A stretch of DNA of 64,000 nucleotides from Octopus vulgaris. Taxonomy: Eukaryota. The DNA lies in NCBI GenBank assembly GCA_951406725.2, contig OX597839.1, forward strand, positions 13,268,001 through 13,332,000, read 5' to 3'. Position 1 is the stretch's first letter, and every line of letters begins with the position of its first letter. Positions 48,353 through 63,767 of this stretch are shown one piece after another. Under the pieces are notes generated by a model, which ran no database searches, had not been told where the DNA came from, and was given only the letters and a program-made list of their open reading frames with translations. Made by a program: the position numbers and the translations under genes.

Positions 48353-49969
48353 ATGAAGACAGGGAAAGCCCCAGGCCCATCAGGTATCACTGCAGAGATG
48401 CTCAAAATATCTGGTAGTGTCGGCTATAGCCTAGTCACCTGTATAGTTAATCAGGTGATACATGGAGTCATACCCAATGACTGGTGTAGCAGCATAATAG
48501 TCAACTGCTACAAAGGTAAAGGTGATGCCCTAGATACAAATAATTACAGAGGTATCAAGCTGTTGGATCAGGTGATGAAGGTTACAGAGAGGGTCATAAG
48601 TCAACTAATTAGAGAGAGAGTTAGTTTAGATGAGATGCAGTTTGGTTTCGTGCCAGGGAAAAGTACCACTGATGCTATATTCCTGGTAAGGCAGCTGCAG
48701 GAGAAATACCTAGCCAAAGATAAGCCCCTGTACCTGGCTTTTGTTGACATGGAGAAAGCCTTCGACAGGGTCCCCCGATCCCTCATATGGTGGTCAATGA
48801 GGAAACTAGGAATAGATGAATGGTTAGTGAGAGCTGTGCAAGCCATGTACAGGGACGCTGCTAGTAAGGTGAGGGTTGGCAATGAGTACAGTGAAGAATT
48901 CCGGGTAGAGGTAGGGGTCCACCAAGGCTCAGTCCTCAGCCCCCTCCTATTTATCATAGTCCTCCAGGCAATAACGGAGGAATTCAAGACAGGATGCCCC
49001 TGGGAGCTCCTCTATGCTGATGACCTTGCTCTAATTGCTGAGTCATTATCAGAACTGGAGGAGAAGTTTCAGGTGTGGAAGCATGGTTTAGAATCGAAGG
49101 GCCTTAGAGTCAACCTAGCTAAAACCAAAGTCCTAATAAGTAGGAAGGTAGACAAATCACAAACGCCTTCAGGTAGATGGCCCTGCTCGATCTGTAGAAA
49201 AGGTGTAGGTAGAAACTCTATAAGATGCACCAAGTGTAAGCTATGGACACATAAGAGGTGCAGCAATGTCATAGGAAGGCTAACTAGGAAGATGGTTTTT
49301 GTATGTGGCAGATGCTCGGGAGCATTAACCTCTGAAAATCTGCAGAAAACAACTTCCGTCACTTTCCAGGGGGAAAAACTAGAAGTAGTTGATAGCTTCC
49401 GTTATCTTGGTGACCAAGTCAGTAGTGGGGGTGGGGGTGCTGAAAGTGTAACGGCTAGAGTAAGAATAGCCTGGGCAAAGTTTAGGGAGCTCTTACCTCT
49501 GTTGGTGACTAAAGGCCTCTCGCTCAGAGTAAAAGGCAGACTGTATGATGCATGTGTACGAACAGCCATGCTACATGGCAGTGAAACATGGGCCGTGACT
49601 GCTGAGGACATGCGTAAGCTCGCAAGAAATGAAGCTAGTATGCTCCGTTGGATGTGTAATGTCAGTGTTCATAGTCGACAGAGTGTAAGTACCTTGAGAG
49701 AAAAGTTGGACCTAAGAGGCATCAGATGTTGTGTGCAAGAGAGACGATTGCGCTGGTATGGTCATGTGGTGAGAATGGGTGAAGATAGGTGTGTGAAAAA
49801 GTGCCACACCCTGGCAGTTGAGGGGACCTGTGGAAGAGGTAGACCCAGGAAAACCTGGGTCGAGGTGGTGAAGCACGACCTTCGAACTCTAGGTCTCACC
49901 AAGGAAATGACCAGAGACCGAGACCTATGGAAGTATGCTGTGCATGAGAAGACCCGGCAAGACCAGTGA
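48353..49969 (+). CDS. RTE reverse transcriptase ORF (no endonuclease; internal Cys/His finger)
   Basis: KAPGPSG, NYRGIKLL, QFGF, FVDMEKAFDRV, GVHQGSVLSPLLF, LLYADD, FRYLG, RRLRWYGHV, RGRPRKTW; CSIC..CTKC..H..C..CGRC. Confidence 0.93.
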   Translation: MKTGKAPGPSGITAEMLKISGSVGYSLVTCIVNQVIHGVIPNDWCSSIIVNCYKGKGDALDTNNYRGIKLLDQVMKVTERVISQLIRERVSLDEMQFGFVPGKSTTDAIFLVRQLQEKYLAKDKPLYLAFVDMEKAFDRVPRSLIWWSMRKLGIDEWLVRAVQAMYRDAASKVRVGNEYSEEFRVEVGVHQGSVLSPLLFIIVLQAITEEFKTGCPWELLYADDLALIAESLSELEEKFQVWKHGLESKGLRVNLAKTKVLISRKVDKSQTPSGRWPCSICRKGVGRNSIRCTKCKLWTHKRCSNVIGRLTRKMVFVCGRCSGALTSENLQKTTSVTFQGEKLEVVDSFRYLGDQVSSGGGGAESVTARVRIAWAKFRELLPLLVTKGLSLRVKGRLYDACVRTAMLHGSETWAVTAEDMRKLARNEASMLRWMCNVSVHSRQSVSTLREKLDLRGIRCCVQERRLRWYGHVVRMGEDRCVKKCHTLAVEGTCGRGRPRKTWVEVVKHDLRTLGLTKEMTRDRDLWKYAVHEKTRQDQ

Positions 49970-50020
49970 GAACAATCAAAATCAAATCATATATCAGAAA
50001 GCAGGGGTTAAGTGACCCAA

Positions 50021-50632
50021 CCGTTCGTGTCCGCTGTCAACCTCGTCTGGCACCCGTGCCGGTGATACGCAAAAGCACCATTCGCTCGTGGCCGTTTGCC
50101 AGCTCTGCCTGGCCCCCATGTCGGTGGCACGTAAAAGCACCATCCGTTCGTGTTCGTTGCCAGCCTCGCCTGGCCCCGTGCCGGTGACACGTAAAAGCAC
50201 CGTCCGTTCGTGGCCGTTTGCCAGCTCTGTCTGGCCCCGTGTCGGTGGCACGTAAAAGCACCATCCGTTCGTGTCCGTTGCCAGCCTCGGCTGGCCCCCG
50301 TGCCGGTGACATGTAAAAGCACCGTCCGTTCGTGGCCGTTTGCCAGCTCTGTCTGGCAACCGTGTCGTCGTGACACGTAAAAGCACCATCCGTTCGCGTC
50401 CGTTGCCAGCCTCGGCTGGCCCCCGTGTCGGTGACACGTAAAAGCACCGTCCGTTCGTGGCCGTTTGCCAGCTCTGTCTGGCCCCGTGTCGGTGGCACGT
50501 AAAAGCACCATCCGTTCGTGTCCGCTGCCAGCATCGCCTGGCCCCGTGCCGGTGACACGTAAAAGCACCATCCGTTCGTGGCCGTTCGCCAGCTCTGTCT
50601 GGCACCTGTGCAGGTGGCACGTAAAAAACACC
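50021..50632 (+). repeat. Tandem array of ten ~60-bp units arranged as five A-B dimers
   Basis: A ccgttcgtgtccgttgccagcctcg.ctggc..; B ccgttcgtggccgtttgccagctctgtctggc..; both end cacgtaaaagcacc. Confidence 0.9.
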
Positions 50633-50801
50633 CACTACACTCGCGGAGTGGTTGGCGTTAGGAAGGGCATCCAGCCGTAGAAACACTGCCAGATCTGACT
50701 GGGCCTGACGAAGCCTTCCAGCTTCACAGACCCCAGTTGACCCGTCCAACCCATGCTAGCATGGAAAGCGGACACTAAATGATGATGATGATGATGATAC
50801 A

Positions 50802-51092
50802 TGTGGAGGCGCAGTGGCCCAGTGGTTAGGGCAGCGGACTCGCGGTTGTAGGATCGTGGTTTTGATTCTCAGATCGGGCGTTGTGAGTGTCTATTGAGTA
50901 AAAACACCTAAAGCTCCATGAGACTCCGGCAGGGGGGATGGGTGGCGTTCACCGCAACTTTCTCTCACTCTTTCTTCTGTTGGCCTGCTCGACACCAGTG
51001 GGGTGGCGTCATTTGAAGGCTAAAACAATGTGAAGCACATTGTGACCAGCGATGTGTAGCAACATCTGATAGCCTGGTCGGTCACAGTGATA
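50802..51092 (+). mobile_element. SINE family C, tail type 1
   Basis: gtggaggcgcagtggcccagtggttagggcagcggactcgcgg..ggtcacagtgat. Confidence 0.85.
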
Positions 51093-51603
51093 TATATACA
51101 TACACATACATATAAATAGATAGATAAACAGATAGATAGATGATGGGCTTCTTTCAGTTTCCATCTCCCAAATTCATTCACAAGACTTAGGTTGGCATGA
51201 GGCTATAGTAGAAGACACTTGCCCAAAGTGCTACACTTTGGGATTGAACATAGAACCATCTGGGTGGGAAGCAAACTTCTTGCCATACAGCTAGGCCTGC
51301 ACCCGTGAAAGAATTCAGACCAGGCACTGGCTGCTGAAACCTGGAGCCAAACTAGGGACTTTTAGATCTTCCATCTAACGCTTTCCCAACTTCAGCTGGT
51401 TCCAGTTGTTGTTATTCCTTTTTTTTTTTAAATTCCTTTCAACTTGTTTCTATCATTGGACTGTGGCCATGCTGGGGCACTGCCTTGGAAGATTTAGTCC
51501 AGTTATGGGCAACTGCAGCCAGTAGTGCTTTCTGAATGGGCTGCCTAATTTCATGAGGAAAATGAGGAAAATTTTTATTTATCTCCTTTAATTCTCACTT
51601 GTT

Positions 51604-51646
<43 letters not shown>

Positions 51647-51974
51647 ATACATATTCACTGTGATAACTCTTTTAAATCACTGCTGAAACAAACAGCTAAA
51701 ACAAACAACTGAATATGAACATGTTTCAAATAACAATAATAATAATAATAATAATAATGATTTTATTACATAGGCACAAGGTCACAAATTTGGTGGGGAG
51801 AGGGTATAGTCAATTAAACCAACACCAGTATACAACTGGTACTTAATTTTATTGACTCCGGAAAGATGAAATGCAAAGTTGACCAAGGTAGATTCGAATC
51901 CAGAATGTAAAGGGACAAACCCAAAGACATTTTTATCTGGTTCTCTGTCAAATCTGCTTTCCATCACTCTTAGT

Positions 51975-52175
51975 ATTATAATAATAATGATGATGATAAT
52001 AATTATAATAATGGCAATAATAACAATGATAATAATGATAATAACAATGACAATAAAATAATGAAAATAATAATAATTATGGTAATAACAATGATAATGA
52101 TGATGATAATAATAACAATGGTGATGATAATAATAATAATAATGATGATGATGATGATGATGATAATATAATAAT
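51975..52175. repeat. (AAT/GAT)n microsatellite
   Basis: Directly visible. Confidence 0.9.
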
Positions 52176-53221
52176 TCTTTTATTAATCACAAAGAGCCAT
52201 AAGAGCGGTGATTAATTTTATTTTCTTTAGTTTTAAGTGGTGAATGAGAGGGAAATCTCCTCTGGGATAGGTTACTAGGTGATTGGCAACTAACTGAAGC
52301 AATAGGAGAGTTAAGTAAACTGTCTGAAAAACACAATGAAACAATTGGATCTAAACTTACAAGCATTGATCCGACAGTCGAAAAATCTCATCCACACAGC
52401 TATTTCACTTCTACTTGAATAGTGAAAGCTTCAGTACAACAATGAGTTCTGCCTATTTACAGCTAGGTGGACTCAGTCAGCAAGAGTTAAGTACCTTGGT
52501 CACTGGCAGGATGATGTTCGTTAACATTTCAGAGTGCTGCTAGGACCCTGGAGTCAGCCAGTCATGACCCTGCCAGAGTGAATGCAGGGTTTAACATGGG
52601 TCATAAGTCCCACATTGGCTGAAATTGTCCATCAACCTTTCAGTGTGCTTGTAGGACCTTCAAACAACTCGGCCATTTATGACCCTGCTGTGGGCATACA
52701 GGGTTCACAACATGGGTTTACAAATCCCACATTGGCTGATATTGTTCCGACATGAGCCAGAAGACAACTTTCAGACAGATCTACTTTTTAGGGAATAATG
52801 ATAATAGTATATATATATGTATATATATAAAAAAAGAATGAAATATTTATAATATTTATATCAAAATAACAGTTTCTTAAGGCTAAAGCACAAAGGCCCT
52901 ATATTTTTAGGGAGGGAGAAGGAGGAAGAGGAAAATTGGCTGTTGTGAAGCTATTCATGACTTTCTTAGAAGAATTAGCAGTGTAAAGAAAGTATATAAG
53001 CTAGGGCTAAAAATTTGAAACCACAGCGTAGTCTCTACTCAGCAGTAGCAGGATTAGCTAGCCTCTTGCTTCACGATGCATACCACATATATGTCTCCAC
53101 TCACCAATAGCTAGCTTCTTGCTTTAAGCTGTTCATCACACTGGTTTGAACATAAACATGTAAAAATTTGTTGGTTTTTTTTTCTTTTGGTCTGTTTTAG
53201 TTTTTAAAATGTAGATATCTA

Positions 53222-53450
53222 TATCTTTATTGCCCACAAGGGGCTAAACAAAGAAGGGACAAACAAGGACAGACAAACGGATTAAGTCAATTACATTGAC
53301 CCCAGTGCGTAACTGGTACTTAATTTATCGACCCCAAAAGGATGAAAGGCAAAGTCGACCTCGGCGGAATTTGAACTCAGAACGTGACGGCAGACGAAAT
53401 ACCGCTAAGCATTTCGCCCGGCATGCTAACATTTCTGCCGCTCTCCACCT
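53222..53450 (-). mobile_element. SINE family A with TSD
   Basis: tttaaaatgtagatatct on both sides (~53203-53220 and ~53453-53470). Confidence 0.88.
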
Positions 53451-54592
53451 TATTTAAAATGTAGATATCTCCAGGAACCAGTGGCTGTTAGTGCTAGTTT
53501 CATGACACAGAACGGATGAGATAAACCTCATCCATTTCAACATGACACAAGACAATCGCAGGTAGCATTCATTCCCAGAAAGTCTGGTATCTATGTCTGT
53601 AAACTTAGGGACGAGCTGAGGCGATGTGGAATGTAGCATACTGCCAAAATACACAAGATGACTTCAGTGGATTAGAAATTATGACACTTTGGATTGTTAA
53701 TCAAATATCTAATACAGCCAGCCATTTTTTTTTTTCTGTGTATGTGGATTGTTTGTAAGGCTTTTGGGAAGTTTCCCCTTGATTTTCTTTTTTTTCTGGG
53801 GGTTTTGTTTCTTTCAAATAAACTTGGGGAGAGCTGTTAAAGAATTTCTATAGCTTTGGTTAGTGTCGTATATCTGCCGGCTTCAACTTTAACAGTCCTC
53901 CAGCGATTGTATAAAAAAACATTGGTGATTTTTATTTACTGATATTACAAGTCTATATAAGTCTAAGGAAATCGTACCATTTGTTACAATCAATATGAAG
54001 ATAATAATGGGTCTGTATAATTTTAGTGAAAACAATAAAAACTAGTTACAATAAAATAGTAACCAGTTAATGTCAAAAGAGATTTTGGCTTTTTTTTGTT
54101 TTTAAATGCAATAACAACAATCTTACAAAAAGTTTTTTTTCTTTTCTTTTCCTGTGATTATAAAATATTGATTGGTAAAGATCAATGATAGATCAAGAAA
54201 ATAGTATCTTTATTTAACAATCCATGAGAGTCTTGATGCTGGTGTGACTGGGAATTGAACCCTTACAATCCGGAACGGGAAGTTGATTGAAATGGCACCG
54301 CATAGCTTCTGCTATCAAATCAAATGAGTAGAGTTAGTTGTTTGATGGTTTCAGGTTTTTAAAAAATTTTTCATTTTCTTCTTTTTTTTTCTTTGTGTGT
54401 TGATGACTATTTAGGCACATGAAGGCCCTATTTTCTTTTTTCTTTTTTTTTCATTTAAGGGAAGAAACTGGAGAAACGGGTAGTAGCAATGTTCATGCTT
54501 TTCTCAAGGCCCTCCATCAGTGGGATAAAAACCACATTGCTATCTTAGCTAAACCCCTGCTCTACAGCACTCTTTGATGAAACAGATATGAA

Positions 54593-54657
54593 ATGAGCCG
54601 GTGTTTTTTTGGCAATGAATCTCTACAAACTTCCGGGCAGCAGCAAGCCTTGATGAG
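54593..54657 (+). CDS. Possible first coding exon of an unidentified gene
   Basis: ATG..MSRCFFGNESLQTSGQQQALM, then AG|GTAGGT, within a ~2 kb repeat-free stretch; no homology recognised. Confidence 0.2.
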
Positions 54658-55937
54658 GTAGGTTTGATTGAATTTAATAAAAACACAGTATTTTCCCTTG
54701 TATATTAAACAATGGTGTTTGATCTTCACATTTGTTAAAAAAGTTCTCTCATCAAAACAAAGAAAAATCTATACATGAGGCAGTGTTATTAAGTATTAAT
54801 AATCAAATGATATATATAGCAAATTATAGCATTATTGTTATTCTCTTTTGGTTCAACATCTCACTTTTTTTTAAAGGAGGGCAAACACCTTAAAAAAGAT
54901 GGGAAAAATTTATAATCTAAAATACTTTTTTGTCATGGCTTTCATGTGTTATGCTTTAAACAATCTTAACTATGGAATGAATCTGAAGATTTTTTACACA
55001 TTAATGGAAACACTGTTATAAGATCTATTAAATGTACACATCAAAGTAGAAATGAGAAAATTTGTAAATGTGGAACAAGCATGGGTCTTGCTTATAATAA
55101 TAACAACAGTAATGATAATTGTTCTATTAAAAATTATAGAAGTTATTATTAATAGTATCATTTTATTATTATAAGTATTATTTCATTGCTGTTGTTATCA
55201 AATAAATGAAATCATTATTATGTCCCTTTTAGCATGTTTTTCTCCTGCAACATCAAACTGAACTTCATTTGTTTTAAATGCATACAGTGTGTATATGTTT
55301 GCATGTATGCGTGTAAATCTGTTTCATATATTCAGTTTAAGGAGAGTAACCCTCCGTAGAATGTCTGTTGTATCTACTAATGTTATGTTTTGTAAAGTTT
55401 GTGTATCTAGTTGTTTGATATCTAGCATCTTGCATAAGTTTACTTTTTCTCTTACATAACTAGTCTGAATCTCTGGAGATAAAGGAAAGCTTTTCCTTCA
55501 TCCCTCCCCTTCCGTTGTTTTATATCTACCCCTAAGACCTTTTGAAATATTATAAACAGGTAAAAAGGTATTTACAATAACAATGTCTAGCTGGTTATCC
55601 TTAACTTATTTGTTTACTCAGAAATGTCTCAAAGTATTGTAATCAGGATGTTTTTTGCAATAGTTTTTTTTTTGTTAAGTGCTTCAATCTTTTAAGTAAT
55701 GGCATATATCTGTTCCATCACAATATTTTAGTGCCATCTGCTGCAGATGTATTTCAGCTGCACACAAATTGGTTCAAACTGTTTTATGTGACATAATGTG
55801 TGGGTGGGGAATGCAGAGTGTGTGAGTCACACAGGGTGGCCACTTTATGTATGTTTAAGGAAGCAGATGGCCAATTGCCCCCCCCCCACTAGAGAAGACC
55901 AAAACCTGCACTATGGCAAAATGTTTCTAGTATTGCA

Positions 55938-56000
<63 letters not shown>

Positions 56001-57454
56001 CTGTATTTTTATAAGATGATATACAGAAAATTTATGATGGTGAGAATGCAATGAAGCAAGCAATGCTAGTTAGCATGAACAACAGAATTGAGAGACAATT
56101 TGGCAATCAGAAGAATCAGAATCAGAGTTTCAAGGCGAGAAAGTTGTGTCAGCGAAGACATGTGATGCATAAGTAGAATGTCAGTTGTATAAAGAAGTGT
56201 TGAAGACTTTGGTGGATGAAACCAGTGGAAGGTGGGAAAACCCAGGAAGACACGGGATGATGTAGTGAAGATGACTTATAATGAAGATGAACTCCCAAAA
56301 ACGATGACAAAGAAATGTGATGGTGATGACACCCAGTGCTAGAGAAGACTTGCCAAACCCACATTCTGTGAGGAGGAAAGGACCAGTTTCCTGGTTTCCC
56401 TGGCATACATATTCCTCCCTGGACAGGATGCTGGTCCATCACAGAATTACCCATTTTTACCAGCTGAGTGGACTGGAGCAATGTTAAATGAAGTGTTTTG
56501 CTTAAGAACACATTGCATCTTCTGGTCCAGGAATTGAAACCACAATCTTACAATCATGACTCCAACACCATAACCCCTAAGCCAGCAAGCATGGCATAAT
56601 GCTCATTAAATGGTGGTGGTGTGATATTTATTTTTGGGCCTCTAACCATTATATTTCTGTTAAGCCTATGCTATCCCTTTTTTGACCTTCTCACCCATTG
56701 CTCATCCTCTCTCCTATTTACTGCACCATACTACCTGTACAACAAAGAATTATATTGGATCAGTCTATATTCAATCTCCTCTCCATCATTTATTTCTGTC
56801 ATTCTGCCTCTTTTCCTTCACAATAGAATGGATCAGACCCAGCTATATATAACAGACACAGGCAACCTCTTTCAAGAAGTGGGCCACACATGCCATGGCT
56901 TATCTTCAGGCAGGCCACACTACTAAAGAAACTGAAGGTAACTTTTCACTAGGCATGCCTTTCAGAAAATCCCACAGGCTGCAGGGTACCCATGGCTGAT
57001 ACAGATTCACCCTACTGCTACCCTTCATAATTTTTAACCCTCGGTCCCTTCCTACACCCTCCCCCTGCTCTCTCTCTTACATTTTACTTCTCATTGACAT
57101 CCACAATTATCGCTTACCATTGGCATCTCTATTGTCATCCATCACTTGCTCTGTCTTGCCATCACCTATCTCAAGTGCCATCCTTCAATTCTTCATTCTG
57201 TCTCACATTTCTCCCTCCCCTACACTTTGTTGGCATAGCTCATACTGCTACTCATTTCTCTCTTCAAACCTTCCTCTTTCACATTACTCCCTCCCCTATC
57301 ACTGTCATTCCCTTTCACTTCCACTACTCTTCCTATCACCACTCTATCTTCCTCACTAACATGAAGCCATCTGTCACCATTACTTTCATTACTCCTACCC
57401 TTACCATTCTCTTTCCTATTACTCTCTTTTCCTTCCCCACATTCCTTTATTCTC

Positions 57455-57612
57455 ATGTGGCTGTTTGGTAAGAAGCTTGCTTCCCAACCACATGGTTCTG
57501 GGTTCAGTCCCACTACATGGCACCTAGGACAAATGTCTTCTATTATAGCCTTGGCCCGACCAAAGCCTTGTGAATGGATTTGGTAGATGGAAACTGAAAG
57601 AAGCCCGTCGTA

Positions 57613-57669
<57 letters not shown>

Positions 57670-57820
57670 CCACCCCATGACACTGGTGTTGGTGTGTTTA
57701 TGTCCCTGTAACTTAGCAGTTCAGCAAAAGAGACCAATACAATAAAGTACCAGGTTTAAAAAAAAAAAATATTGGTGTTGATTCATTCAAATAAAAATTC
57801 TTCAAAGAAGTGCCCCAGCT
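57455..57820 (+). mobile_element. SINE family B
   Basis: Family consensus with central (TA)n(TG)n. Confidence 0.8.
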
Positions 57821-58669
57821 GAAGCAAATAAAGAAAATACATCTGCTCAGTTAAGTTTGCCTTGAAAAAGAAGGGACAACCGAGTGAGGGCTCTTTGGTT
57901 CTGTAGGGAACAATGCAGCCTTTCTAGCACTGATATACTCTGGGAAGGTGCATGGCTTAGTGGTTAGGGGGATTTGGCTCATGACTGTGAGGTCAAGAGT
58001 TCAGTTCCCAGTAGTACAATATTTATTTCTTGTTAAACTTCAGTCCATTCAGCTGGCAAAATTGAATTATATCTGTAATTCAAAGAACCATCCTTGTCAC
58101 ACTCCTCTGTGTCATTTTGAATTTCCCTGACAACTACATTAATGGTACACATGTCTGTGGAGTGCTCAGCCACTAGCTTGTTAATTTCACAAGCAGGCTG
58201 TTTGGTTGATCATATCAACTGGAACACTTGTTGCCATAACTGACGGAGAACCAGGCCATATTCTAGCACCTCGTACACTCTGTCAAGCTGGCAAATGAAT
58301 GAAGACAACATAGGGTGGAAAAGACTTTTGTCGAGAACATAAAACCTTGCTGTTGGTATCAAAAAGAGCATCCGACCTTAGAAATCATGCCAAGAATGGA
58401 ATATATGAGTGAGATGCTGTCATTTGATTCCTTGGGAATCTGACTATGAACTGGCTTGTACTGCAGCTGTGATGAGTCATCCAACCCATGCCAGCATGGA
58501 AAGTGAACATAAAATGATGATATTTTGGAACATTTTCCCTGAGTATTAAATTAATACATTCTGTTTGTTGTTCTTTCACTTCATTGTTGTCTTTTTTGGG
58601 ACCATATGTGTGTATGTGTGGGTGTGTGTATGGAGAGAGAAATAGATACATAATGTGTGTGTGTAATTT

Positions 58670-61223
<2,554 letters not shown>

Positions 61224-61491
61224 TATTGAAGTAGATAAATGAATTATCTTATTATGGATTATTCAAATGATAACCGATATCTGCATAGGAAAAATCACAA
61301 CAGAAAAAGCACGGTTGAGGTTACGACCATGGGGTCTAAAATCCGAATTAGGGACTTTGCAGCCTTTGAAACACATGTAGAAAATAATAAAAAGGAATTT
61401 TGTTAAGTCTTCGTTCAGCTCCATTTCTTCCTACACTAAATATATATATATATATGTATATATTCATATATATATATATATGTATATATTC

Positions 61492-61571
<80 letters not shown>

Positions 61572-62250
61572 ATATATTCATATATATATATATATGTTTG
61601 TGTGTGTGTGTAATGGTGCAACACTCAGTGCAATTGTGAGGTTGTGAGCGTGACTCCCAGACTGTGTTGTGTTCTTGAGCAAGACACTTTATTTCACATT
61701 GCTCCAGTTCACTCAGCTGTAGAAATGAGTTGCAATGTTACTGGTGCCAAGCTGTATCAGCCTTGTCTTTCCCTTGATCAACATTGGTGACACAGAGAAA
61801 GGAGATTGGCACGCATGGCTGACTGTTGGTCTTCCATAAACAACCTAACCTTGTTTATACTTAAGCTTCAGAGGGGAACTTTCTAGGTGCAATCCCATGG
61901 CCCTTCATGACTGAAGGGGATCTTTACCATGTATGTATGTATGTATGTGTGTGTGTGTGTGTGCATATGATGTGAATGTGTCTAAAATGTGTGTCAAATT
62001 TTACAATTTATACCCCTTAGTCAAAGTAGAAAAAGCAGAGTTCAGGGGCTTTTATTATTTTAGGGCCTGCATGACTGACAAAAGGAAGGTAGGAAGTTAG
62101 CCCTAAGTTAGAGATCTGACCCAAATCTTTGCAATAGAATAAACTTTTTAACAGGAGCAAAAAAGTCCTGATGCAAATCTATGTTTTTTTCCTTTATTTT
62201 TCCTTGCTAGCTGATCATTTATTTTTCCTTGCCAGCTGAGGTTAGTATGT

Positions 62251-62288
62251 GTTACTGATGAGACCTAAAAAGGTTGAAACAAGTCAAC
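62251..62288 (+). ncRNA. Hammerhead-like motif (imperfect stem I)
   Basis: GTT-A-CTGATGA-GACC[taaaaa]GGTT-GAAA-CAAG-TC-AAC. Confidence 0.5.
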
Positions 62289-62534
62289 TGCTTCCACCAG
62301 CTAGCCTTAAGATCTACCCTTAACTGCATCATGTTCATGTTCTAAAAATTTTGATAGGCTGATATTGTAGGAGTTGTCCCCCCTCGCTGCTCTTGGACCG
62401 TAAACACTCTTAGCAAGAATTTAATTTTGTGATTGCAAGTATAATCTTGGTCAATTGATGTTTTCATCTCCCTTGCATTAAAAATGTGTGGTATATATAA
62501 ATATACATTAGATACACACACACACAAAAATTTA

Positions 62535-62575
<41 letters not shown>

Positions 62576-62889
62576 ATGATATATATATATATGTATGTAT
62601 ATACATATATTTTATGTATGCGTTTATACTATATATTTGTACATATTTATGTATATATTTAAATGTCATTGTCATGCATCATTTAATATATATTTATATA
62701 TATATGCCTATGTATATTTATATTTTGTCTGTGTGTGTGAATGTATACATATATTTCTCATTTCATGTTCTTTTTATTATTATTATTAGTGTTAATATCA
62801 TTATTACCATTATGGCATGTTGTACCATCCTAGATTAAGACTTCCAAATGAACCTGTACCAAACAACACAGACTGATTCCTCTCTATTT

Positions 62890-63172
62890 GGCTTGTGAGT
62901 GGATTTGGTAGACGGAAACTGAAGGAGGCCTGTCGTATATATGTATATAGATATATATGTGTGTGTGTATGTTTGTGTGTCTGTGTTTGTTCCCTCAACA
63001 TCGCTTAACAACTGATGTTGGTGTGTTTACATCCCTGTTACCTAGCGGTTCGGCAAAAGAGACCGATAGAATAAGTACTAGGCTTCCAAAGAATAAGTCC
63101 TGGGGTCAATTTGCTCGACTAAAGGCGGTGCTCCAGCATGGCTGCAGTCAAATGACTGAAACAAGTAAAAGA
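62890..63172 (+). mobile_element. SINE family B, 5'-truncated
   Basis: Family consensus. Confidence 0.8.
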
Positions 63173-63173
63173 A

Positions 63174-63240
<67 letters not shown>

Positions 63241-63767
63241 GGTGGGAGAGTATGTTGTGTGTGGGGAAAGGGTGTTTTTATCCAAGTGGTTGTGTGTGTG
63301 TGTGTGTGTCTATTTGGAGAAATAATGTGTGTCTGTAAAAAGCTTTGTGTATGTGTGTGGAGAGGAGTTTTTTAAATGGTGAAGGGCAATACATGTGGAC
63401 TGCAGCTTGTTTATAGATATGTGTGGATTCAGGGTTCATAATTATTGTTTAATCCCATGTACACTTTGATCAAACAAACCTGTGAACAACGACATTCAAA
63501 ATTCAGCCATCCAACCTTTTTTGTTTATTTAAGACTACATTATTTAATGCATTCTTTCATTTATAGGGCAACAATGTATGACTTGAGGGAATTTGATAGA
63601 TATTTCTAACAGATTTAGAGATAATCTAGAGTAGAAGTTCTCAACGTGGGTGGTACCACCCACAAGGGGTCGCTAGGCATGTCAAAGGGTGCATTAGGCT
63701 TTAGAGGACAGTGAGTGGGTCAGTGAAATGACATAATTGATATACTAAATTTTACCTATAGTAGTAA

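Larger units (their letters stand above)
48329..50797 (+). mobile_element. RTE-clade LINE, 5'-truncated, young
   Basis: Starts at a (TA)n junction; open RT ORF, 3' UTR tandem array, tail ..ccatgctagcatggaaagcggacactaaat(gat)n. Confidence 0.92.

Noticed and set aside
50021-50632. CRISPR-like array
   Set aside because: No unique spacers, no cas genes, eukaryotic context; it is a LINE UTR tandem repeat.
49994-50749. Repetitive minus-strand ORFs of 173-251 aa
   Set aside because: Artefact of the GC-rich tandem array.
61335-61385. Possible hammerhead in a TA-flanked unit
   Set aside because: Only GAAA..TA is recognisable; no core or stem I.
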